Shown here: positions 52,287 through 64,000 of the stretch, in pieces
How the letters are laid out: every line of letters starts with the position of its first letter
Numbering within the stretch: position 1 is the stretch's first letter
Source: the human T2T-CHM13v2.0 reference genome, Homo sapiens
Assembly (NCBI RefSeq): GCF_009914755.1
Contig: NC_060926.1
DNA length: 64,000 nt
Strand: one strand, 5' to 3'
Made by a program: the position numbers and the translations under genes
The notes under the pieces: generated by a model
Seen by the model: only the letters and a program-made list of their open reading frames with translations
What the model was told of the DNA's origin: nothing
Databases searched by the model: none

Positions 52287-55200
52287 CTAATACACAAATG
52301 GAAAAAAAGAAAAGTCAGAATTCTTATCTGTTAATAAAGAAAAAAAATTCCCCTAGTAATCTCTGGTCTTTCCATTCTTTTTTTCTATCAATGCTATTTA
52401 TTCTAGGATATGTAAAAGCAAGGTTCAAAAAAATCTTAAAATTCATTTTTTTTTCTTAAGCAATACACTTAGGAAAACAACTATAGGCAATATAACCAAG
52501 AAATGAAACAAAAATGTTTTTAAAAAAAAGGGAGGGAGAAGCATTAAAAGGTTAAAGGAAAAGGAAAATCAGAGGAACTTGCTGCCAGATGAAGTCAGAA
52601 TTGTGTTATCAGAATAAAGAAAAGTTAAAAAGCCTATACAGAAGTTTAACTCATTTTAAAAAGGCAATATATTAAAGAACAAAACTAAAACATTTGGACC
52701 TGAGTTGATTTGACCAATATATTTTTAAAATAACTTAAAAATTCAGATGATAAATATAAAAAATATTATTAAATACCTAATATAATTGTCTTTAATTATT
52801 CATGCATTGCTATGACTAATAATTTTTGCATAAGAAGCAAGACAATTTGCATTATGTATTTCATTAGATCATCACATCGTTTATTTCAAGCTCCAGTCAT
52901 GTCAGTTGTTTCATTTACTGAGTTTAATTCAAAAAACTTATTTCAAATGAAACATAATAGAAATCATTTCTTAGGAAAATAAGAAAAAGAGGGATGCCAT
53001 ACATAGTTATCAAATCTGATGTGATCACATGAAGTTCTGTGTTCAATTATTATCTACTTTTTTTTTTTTCTATAGAAGGATGTTTTCCCCCTCTTTACTT
53101 CTGGACCACTAGTTAAAAATCTTGAGTGTTCATGTTTGGAAACAACATAGGGATGGCTTCCTTGCTTTTTCCTCCATACCTCCCACTGGAGCTGCACAGG
53201 AGTGGCTAAGAGGGAAGCTAAAAACAGACCCTAAAATGCTTATAAGGGGCAGCTGCCTCAAACTTGGACATTAATAGCTAAGTTTAATTCCACCTATGTG
53301 CTTGTATTATTCTTGTCAGTCTGATCCAATGGAAGTAGTCGTCAAAACATCTTCTATTTGCCATTTGATGCCAGTGTATTTTTAGAACAATTTTTTTTAA
53401 CTGCCTGTCTGAAAAAAAAAATACATGAGCCAATTTCTTATACTTCTGATCCCTGTTTAAAGCCTGTAAAGAACTCTAGGCCTTCTGGGGAACATAAAAC
53501 AGTGTGATAAGTGGGCCAAAGAAAATAAGAATACCAGTAATGACAAAGGTGGAGGGGATGAGTATGAAAAATTAATTTGGTTGAGTTATCCAGGCAGAAC
53601 CAAATGATGTGGCCGATGCAACTACCAAGCTGACACGTGACACTTTGCCTTATCTCATCTGACTGTCTGCATTAATACAATGGACTTCATAAATTCTCGT
53701 TATATAATTTATTTTAAATGGATGAATAGAATTAGATTTCTTTCAGATTAGAGATTTGGAAATTGAAATCAAGTTACTATTTCCCTTCTTTTCTGAATAT
53801 TTTGTCCACTATCCAGATTACAATGCTGTTTCTAGTGTGTATACACAGAGTACTAATTAAAATACGTATTTTGCCTTCAACACCCAATTTAGAGTATGAG
53901 CAGAACACTGATTATCTATACCTATTTCTCGATTTTCTTTTCACATTACCTGTCTCACATTTTTTCTTTGAAACGTTTCTCAGCTTTGCCACCTCTTTTC
54001 CATTCTCACAGTCACCACCTAGAACTGCCCTCTGTTATTTCATACTTGCACTGTCATCTGTCTCCTAACCTTCTCCTTCATTTAATCTATGTAAGATGAA
54101 TTAATCTTCCCCAAGTCCCACTTGAAAGTTATTTATTGGCTCTCTGGTAACTAACAAATATTTTTCTTACCTTGGTATTCACATCACTCCACAATCTATA
54201 TTTCCAGTTTTAACTTCCCTGGTCATCTATACTTCATGCCACTTCAATTAATATAATAACCGTGTGCTAATATAATTGCCAGGTGATTGAGATGCCATTT
54301 ACATTGAAATTCCTTGTCTAATAGCTCCTCTTCTGAAATACTCTCCCCTCTTAAAGGCTTTAGTTCAAATAGCACTTCTTTCATGGAGCCTAACTTTGTC
54401 CCCCAGTTTAGCCTCCAAAATAAAGAGGAATGTTTTCCCCTTTGAATTCAAGAATCAGAATTCTAGTACTGAACAGAACTGTACAGATAATTCAGTATTG
54501 CGTTCTCATTTGGCATATGAGAAAAATGAGGTTAAAACAAGTTAAGTTCAGAAAGTAGCCTATAAATAGCATTTAGTGCTGTTTCCAGTCTACGTGGAAG
54601 AGTTGCTCCCACTTATCTGGTACCCATATTACTCTGTACTAGAGTTCAGTGTAATCCTGACAGATTGTAAGATTTTCTAAAAATTTAAGATGCAAACATA
54701 TGTTCGTGAATCTTCCAGGGCCTTGAGTGTCTTGAATATAAGAACATACCAGAGAGCTTTGAATATAGGAATAAAATAATGGTTGACAAAAATGAATGGA
54801 TTAATGAAGCAAAGTTTAGATTAGTATTTATTGATCAAAGCATAATTTTTAAATGTTATTTCTGAATATGGGATGAGAATAATTAAGGAACTGAGCACAG
54901 GGAGAAGTTTGTGCTTAGGTAATATGTTTGAGAGGTTTACTTTGAAACTGGGGATTGATTTAGAGTTAAAGCGAACTCTATGGAATTTATGACGCAAGCA
55001 TGTACTCTGCAGCAGTGCACTTCAGGATATGATTTGCAAAGTTGGCATACATTTGGCCCAGAGAAAAGTTTTATTTTTTTTGTGAACATAAAATAACTTT
55101 ATCTTAGAAAACATCTGGCACAGTATTGGGGAGTTTATTATACAAAGCTATAGTCATATTTATGATGTATTAAATTAGACAATGAAAGATCATAGAAAAG

Positions 55201-56763
55201 ATTGTCTTTTCCCAAGAGTTCCAAGCCATTCCTTGGTTCAGCAAAGAAGGAGGTGTATTAACTTTTTTCAGTCTCAATAAAGCTGCAGTAATTGGTTCTT
55301 ATGGGGGGAAGAAAGTAGGCAGAATTAGTCTGAATAAATTGGAAAGAACAAATTTCAAATTGAACTTTCAGGCTACATGAAAGGAAATGTCTGAGAAAGG
55401 AGCTATCTTAATGAATTAATACTGTACTAGAGGTTGTTTCTTCTCAGAAGCTTTTTTTTCAAAACAATCATCAAATAAAGTTTCTCTACTCTAGCACAAC
55501 CAATTCTATTTCTGGTTCATTACCTGCATTTTTAAAAATAAGTCTACACTAAATGAAGGATTGATAATTAAATATGCAAATTCACATTAGAAATTTTCAT
55601 ACATGCAGAAATGTCTTTTTATCTGAATTAATTACTTTGAACTTCAAATCAACACTATTCATGAATTCTAGTGCTTCTCTAATAGAAATAAAGAAAATCT
55701 ATGTGAATAAAAATAAAAGTGGGCAAAGTAGGAATCATCCATTTTTAAGTATAAAGAAGAATAATAGAATCTTTCTTAAAAATCTAAAAAAATTATGTTG
55801 TGGGTTTTAATTAAGACAGTTTTTTTGTAAGCTATGATATATTGGTGATCCAAACAAAAATTCTGACTTTTTCTGTCTCTCGAATATAAACTCTTCTTCT
55901 TGTATAATACACTTAAACTTTAAGAATAAATAAAATGTAGAGTTATGTTTATGTATGTTTTCACTGTGTTATGTTTTAAAATCCTAGAAAGTTAGTTGGG
56001 AGTTACTTATTCTAAGAAGTGAGTTTATGCCTTAAATTTTATCTTAATACTCATGATAAGACGTTTTTGTTTTATTTCTAGGTATGTATTCTATTCTGCA
56101 TAATTCAAATAAGTGGATTTTTTTATTCTAACTTTTTGTTTACAACACAATTCACATGTGCTTATTCAACTATTTCTTAATATATTTTTGCCTTGTTAAC
56201 ATTTTGAAAATAACCCCATATGAACTTACACAATAAAAAATGAGAGTGGTCACAATCAATACCAGTCTTATGAAACCTGAAATATTGCACCCTAGTATCT
56301 GCTCATACATATCAATAATCAACTGATGGTATCTAACTGGTAATTTTCAGGACCCAGACCAATGTACTAAACGGCAGGGGCTGTATGCCTCAAACAGTAT
56401 CATGAGCTTAACAAGTTAAATTGTTTTTTCACATAATCATTCTACACCAGGGTCCCCCGCCCTCACCAATCCAGTAATCTCCCCAAAGATGGATAACTCC
56501 ATATACACATAACTAAATCATATTCAATGAAACTTAATAAAGATATCAACCATTGGGGTTAAAATCCACAGAGGGTAAATTCATAAAGGTTTTTTTTTTT
56601 TTCAAATGAAATTTAAGACAATTGAAAAGAGGGGATTAGGATGTAAATAATGTATTTTCCCTACTGTGGTGCAATAATAGTACCCTTCCCAATCCCTCCC
56701 TCACCCCACTACACATAAGTCACAGTGCAAGGATTAAAGGTAGCAAAAGGGGTAATACAGTAC

Positions 56764-56827
56764 CCATAATAAAGGGCTCAGGGGAGGAACCAGCGCTCCA
56801 CCCCATCCAAGTTGGAGCAAGATTATC
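56764..56827 (-). other. SCN1A: SCN1A poison exon 20N (64 nt, NMD-inducing)
   Basis: TTTTGTATAG|GATAATCTTGCTCCAACTTGG...TTTATTATGG|GTACTG. 64 nt shifts the frame. Sequence recognised as the known 20N exon. Confidence 0.92.
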
Positions 56828-59198
56828 CTATACAAAATAGAAATATATAGTTTGTTATTAGTTAGAAATCTGATATGACAGAACATTTGGTGTTACTTTT
56901 TGTTCATGATGCTCTCCGTCTGTTTCCCTATCCATTAAGACTTGAGTTCTTTTGAAAAAGAAGGTATTTAAGATTTCCTAGGTTAGGAAATTAAAAATAC
57001 AAATTTAAACACAAATTTTATTTTACCCTAGATATTCACGACATCAATTCACTCAGTTTAATTTTACAAGTTGAAAAATTTGGACTGGAAATTTGAAATA
57101 CAATAAATGTTTAAAAGCTGTCAGCCAGAAATGTGCATAAAACATGCAAAACACAAAGTGCAACGTGATGATAATTTATTTGTTACTTTCTAACTTCTTA
57201 TCAAGCACTGTACAACATGCTTTATTCAGTAATGTTGCATAAAAGCACATGCTTTGAAAAAATAACAGAACAACAAAAATAAAATGAGTGCCTGAGTTAC
57301 GCTTTGACGCAGCTATTGTGATTTTATGCTGCTAGGGCAAAGAATTAAATGAGAGTTTCTGAGCATGTTCAAATCTCACTTCCCAATCATAATCATCATT
57401 CTTATATCCAACCTCACCATCATTCATGATTATATTTTTACAAAATAAAATATCCAAACACTAGAAGTATAAAAAATAGAATCAATTATAACGTTATTTT
57501 GACTCTACAATGCCAAACACGTATTGAAGAGATTAGTCATTTTAGTGCTGTGTGTATGTTGTCATTATGAGGAATAGAGCCATATTCATAAATCTGACCA
57601 TTTAAACTATTAGTTATATCACTATCAGCATTTATAAGGATTTTATGTCTAAAACTCCAAGTTTCAAAAACTAACCTCTTTTAATATAAAAGGCATTATT
57701 GATTAATAATTATAGATATGGTTATTTCTGAGAAAATTAAAAGTATACCGATAAGATCAGCTTTTTTATAGAAATGAAGTGTAATGTATGGAAATATCTG
57801 AGCACTTGACCAATGAATTTAATAAACTTTCAAATGGTCAAATGTAAAAGGTTTATAATATTTTCAAATGTTTAGCATTGTTCAGATTTCACAAGCCATA
57901 TAAAATATATTATTTTGATTCAGGCAACATGTTTTCAAGTAGAATGTACACAAATGACATTTTTTTTCTCCAGAACTGAAACTGCCAGTCTGAAACAAAA
58001 CAAAGTGACATTTAATTGGAAAACAGACTTAATTCTTATACACCCCAGAGATAATTTCTGTTAACATTTTGGTGAAAATTTGAGGCTCTCTGTGAGAAAT
58101 AAAAGAGGACTACTTGTATTATATTGTTCTGAGTTGTCGATAATGAGGACAAAGTTTTCATATATGTTAGGGAAATCGAAGACAAGTCCTACGTTCTTAC
58201 AAAGTGACATTTATAATAAGACTTGAGAAGAGAACATAAGGCTATAAACAATCTACAAAGTGCAAATGGAAGTCTACAATACAGCTTAGTTTCCATAAAA
58301 GTAACTACACCTTAGGAGGTGAAAGAGCAGTGTTTTTCTATTGGAATCACACAATTCAGTGTTTTGTTTTGATAATATTTTTTTTTAAAAAAAAGCAGAA
58401 CTAATTTTTTATATTATATATCTATAAACTAATGCTTCATGCCGTAAAAAAAGGCATGGAAAATAAGTCAATAATGGCAAAATTTCTAATCTGTTATGCA
58501 TGATGGAAAATGATTATTGCATCTTTGAAAAGGATAAAATAACATTTTGTGTGACTCTGACCAATAAGATGCAAGTTAAGGTTAATGTATAAATTACCTA
58601 TAGTAATGAGTCAAAATTATATTTTCTGTTCATTATAAGTGTTTTACTTTATTGTTATAAAAATGATGTGGATTTGTATGTAATCTTTAAGTTAGTATTA
58701 CTAGTTTTATAAATTCAGTCAACACTTAATATCTAACCATCTAATCTTGAATATATTCAAATAATGCAAACTTTGGCATTATACAGACAAAAGTTTTAAC
58801 AACTCCTTTCATTTTTTTCTTAACACTCATACTTAGGCACATGTGTGATTCACATTATTTTCAGGAAAACTCGTTAAGTACAGTATATCATCACAAAGAA
58901 TAAGTACCTGATATAGAATTTACTTTAGATTACCATTATATCATTACACATAGTACTTTAATAATGCATCAGCTTTTTTTTGTATATAGATTTGTAAGGA
59001 AACTCCCAAGATGGATTAGGAAATAAAGTCATTTAAATAAGCACAGCAGATAAATGATATTATATCATTTCAAGAGAGGCCTATTTCTCTTGCATATCAC
59101 CTAGAAGTAAATATGCAACAGATAAAACAATAAAGTAGCAATTTTGCAAGAATTTGCCATTCCTTTTGCATGCATAGATTTTCCTTTTTCTAAATTTA

Positions 59199-59399
<201 letters not shown>

Positions 59400-61642
59400 T
59401 TAATAAACAGAATCATCATTCAATGTGTAGTTGCTATATAATACAACAAGTATAATTTTTGCTTATAATTATTCAGAGGATAAATGTTCAGACATTTTCA
59501 GTAAACCTTTAAAAAATTAAAGAAATAATTTCAGTTTGATGTAAAGGATGTAATTTTTAGGACATTAATTAAAAGCTAGTTGAAAAAAAATCCTTAAATG
59601 TCATATAATTTATCAACTGAATAAATAGAAAAAAAAAGCAAAGTAAAAATTAGTAAAATAAAAGAAGAAATCAAGGTGGAAAAAAATTCATTGGCTATTC
59701 TTCCTTTATTTTATTAAGTTGCTGTTGAATTTAAGGCTTTTCTTGTAGCTAGTTATAAAATACAAAAACTGCTGTTGTACTAAAAAAAGCAGGAAGTTTC
59801 TACTGTGCATCAGTATATTCAACTAATCATAATTGGTATTCTCAGAAATTAATGAACTACATCAGTTTTGAAGGTGATATTTTGTCTTGGTAATACCTTG
59901 CATTTTCACTTGTTTATTTTTACATAAGTAACTTAGAAAGAAATTCCATTACAAAACTTCCTCAAAATTTTTTATACTAATTTATGGCTTCTGCCATGAT
60001 ATCTGGCCCCAAAGGGCCAATCAATGAATATTTACCAAATACACACAGCAATAAATTTACTTCATTTGTATTCATTTGTAGGTAATATACATGACTAAAG
60101 GAAAAATCTTACGTATCTAATTCTCTAAATAAGGAATTTACTAAAACTTTGTATTCAAGGAAGATTATAACTTATTTGGTTAGAAAGATGCTAGTATTGG
60201 AGAATTCCGCATATACTGCACACTATTTTTGTAAACTTTTCTTTTTTAAAATGTATTAATTGTATCATATTTAATATACTTCTTACATTATTTGAGATGT
60301 GCTGTAATTAGTCCTTTTATAGAGTGCTATACTGATCTTCATTAAAGAATTAAAACAGAACATTGAAAATAAAGATATTATTGTTACAAACTACAAAATT
60401 TTCTATAAAATTATTTTCTTAAAATGTTTCAAAAATGACACTAAAAAACTTTCATGAAAAAGCTGATGTGTAATAAACATAATAGAAAAAAAACCTCAGG
60501 AAGTTTTAAAGGGTTAAATTACATTTAGATTTAAATTATAGTGTAAACAATTCTGAAATTGAAACATAATGTAACTTCTAATGCTTGAAACCTCAATATT
60601 ACAAACTTTCTCCCTTATTGATGTGATAAAGCAATTCTTCCTTTGAGATTTCTCTCAATTGGCTCATTTCACAGTAACATTGTTAAGTTTTTTAAATAGC
60701 TTAGTTTTGCCTTTGTTCAGGGTCAAGGAAATATAATGCATGCATGATTCTTAGCTCAAGAAACACTTTCCACAAGAAACCCTCATAGTCTTGCTGGGTT
60801 AGTATCTTTTTGGGGTAAAACTACTCAATATGAAATCAGGATAGTTTTGCTGTAGCTTTCTAAAGCTGAAATTTTGCCAAGTTGATAATAGAAAACATGA
60901 TGCTTAACTTTAACACATCTTGAAGTCAGTCACTTGTTTTCAGTAAATGCAGTATTAATCATTGGGGATACAAATTCTATAAAGGGCTGTTTGGGCTTGC
61001 CGTAAATCTAGTTTACATTCTAGGAAAACTTTCACTGCTGAATAAAGTAGACTTCTCTTTCCCTACACTCTACATACCTTACTTCCTATAATGAAGTCAT
61101 AATCCATATAATCTACTATTTAAATCTACTCTTTAAAAAGTTTGAGTAGATCAAATAGAATTTTTTTAAATGACTGTAGCACCCAACAGCATCACTGTTT
61201 TTATTGAGTGCCTTTAATACTGTACAAGTTGGGGGTCAAGAGTTTGGGGCCAAGAAACTAACTCAGTGGCACAAAATCAACAAGTGATGGTCCTGGGATA
61301 CAAACTTGAGTCTGTCTGACTCACAACATAAAGGATTTAAGCAACATACCTTTTAAGTTCCCTGTTTCACTACTTTCCCTACAAACTGCTGATGTGTTGT
61401 TTTTTCTTTAGCTTTCTCAGATAACTAGAGAACTACCATAGATTCCATCCCCCAATGTTATTTTAAATCAGAATTAAATTAGCCCTTGTCTTCCAGAAAT
61501 GACACTCTCATTGCATATATGCGTTTAGTGGTTATTATAGTCTGTCAACATAACATAGTGGTCTGAGACTCACTATTGTAGAATTTGAATATAAATAAGA
61601 CAAGCTACCTTGAACAGAGACAAAAATATGAACGATACCTAC

Positions 61643-61816
61643 ATCAACAATTAAGAAGTCCAGCCAACACCAGGCATTGGTGAAATATGTTTGATAGCCA
61701 TATGCCACCCATTTTAGAAGCATTTCCAGAATGAAAATGTAAGTGAAAACCTTGTCAGCATATTCCAACATCGTCTTAATCGTCTTTCGCTGATCAATAT
61801 ATATATCTTCAAATGC
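61643..61816 (-). CDS. SCN1A: SCN1A exon 19 (174 nt), DIII S2-S3
   Basis: ATAG|GCA...GAT|[20 protein letters not shown]...WLDFLIVD. Confidence 0.97.
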
Positions 61817-63252
61817 CTATAAAGAAAATGTTACACATTATTAGCTTTCAAAAATAATTATACTCCATAAGCTATTTAAAAAATTAATCATATGCATATG
61901 ACATTTCATTGGAATAGGAGGGCAGAGAAACAGTAGTTACTGTTACTTTTTTTTTTTCCTCGCAAAGGTCTTTTACTTATTTAATCAGGGGAAAGACTAT
62001 TGGTGGAAGAAAAAGAAAAGTATGATTCCAATGAATTAATTTGACTTAGTCAGGAAATAGTTCTTGATGTTGTATCCTGATGTGGCCATCCCAACTTGAA
62101 GTTATGTATTCCTTTTGTTTCATTTATTTTGCTTCCTTCTATTGGCTTTTTTTTTTTTTTTTTTTTTTTGCTATAGAAAGGAGGTTGAAGAAATAATGAA
62201 AGCTTGTGCTTTTGTAAAGCAGAAATTGTGATTGATCTTCGCAGTCTCCAATTTGACTAAATAGTTGGGTTCATCTGCTTCTTTTTTGTTGTTGTTTGTT
62301 ATTTTTTTAATAATTTATGTTTCTCAACATACAGTGTGACAATGATTAAATGAAATTACTTTTCATTTAGATTCTAATATATATTCTTCTATTATGAACC
62401 TCTCGATGTTTCACTTCTAAGTATGCATTCCTTTCAACGGTGAAAGACTTCTAAAGTAGCGTGTAGAAAATATTTCTTTCTTCAGAAAAATTACAGGTAA
62501 ATATATGTCTGTGTTAGAATTATAAAAAGTTAAACTTGTAACACACTTGCATTTCAATCAGGCAAACTCTGTTTCTCTCTCTTTCTTTCTCTTTTTCTAT
62601 CTATGGTATTTCCTTTGTGTTAGTGTTTCCCTAAAATGCTATCTGTATGTTTTATTTATAGTTTTATAAATAATTTTCCTATAAAAATAAATTGATTCTG
62701 ATGAAGTGAACACCTTGTTATAAAGATAAACCCATCCTTAAATGAATCTCTTGGGCATGCTGCCCAATATTTATTGTTACCAACTTTCATTATTTCTTAA
62801 GTAGCACAAAAATAGTGAGCACACAATTGGAAAAAGACAGAGAAGTGGTCCCTAAGGACTTACTACTGTCCATCAAGAGATAATAATAATAAATACCATT
62901 TAGAAACAAAATTCGTCAGAACTCAGAGAATATATATTCCCATCCCAGGGCTTCCAATAACTTTTTTTAATTAAACAATGAGTAATTGAATATTCACATC
63001 CTTTGGTGTTAATGAATAAGCTGAAGGGCTACACTTTCTGGGCTATTTAATAGTAAGCAAAAATTAATGATTAGCTTCTTAAAATTATATTTACATACAT
63101 AGTAAAAGTTAATCCAGAAATATAGAGTTATAGAGTAAATCTATAGAAGATACAAGGTGGGATAATTAAAAATGCATTGGATACTAAGACAATGAAACAA
63201 AGGATTAATAAGTCATCAGTATTAGAGTGTTCTAAAAATTAGTGCTGTATCA

Positions 63253-63603
<351 letters not shown>

Positions 63604-64000
63604 TCAGCCACTTTAAATGGTGCCCTAGCGGACAGTATTTGCTTTGTCTGCCTCACAGTGTTATTGTCCAAGAGAAACTTTGTAAATTACAAATAAATGT
63701 GAGGTAGCTTTTCCTTGTACCATATCATCCTGTTGCACTCTGTTGAAGTCACTCCAGAAAAGAACTTTAAATTGGACATTAATAATGTTAAGCAGAAAAC
63801 TTCCCTTTTATAAAGGATATAGAGTAAAAATGTAGATCTCTTCCAACAATGCTGCATTTGTTACCATTTAGGATTTTTTGTGATGTGCCTAGAAGGGCTT
63901 ATGTAATTTGCATAATTAATTTAGTTCACTAAAAGCTAATTTGTATGATTTGGCTTTGACTTTTCATTGCCTTCCTCACACATTGCTTTCACTTAGTCTA

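Overview
Primate, almost certainly human, genomic DNA from the TTC21B-SCN1A junction (2q24.3 from established knowledge). At the left, a CpG island carries TTC21B coding exon 1 (minus strand, MDSQELK), with a minus-strand solo LTR12 and a plus-strand ERV1-type LTR just upstream of it. About 8-34 kb is a transposon-dense intergenic block: two inverted old L1MA-type elements, a near full-length decayed L1PA, a complete THE1 provirus, Alus and hAT MITEs. From 38.7 to 63.4 kb lies the 3' part of SCN1A (Nav1.1, minus strand): the last nine coding exons (classical 18-26), all with checked splice sites and frame, plus the 3' UTR. Notable non-coding features are the 64-nt poison exon 20N, a candidate 56/66-nt poison exon in intron 22, a U2-type AT-AC intron, a UGCAUG cluster in the 3' UTR, and an 8-bp tandem repeat that is six copies of the TTC21B exon-1 splice donor. 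I found no prokaryotic-type system. The best novelty candidates are regulatory and need RNA data.
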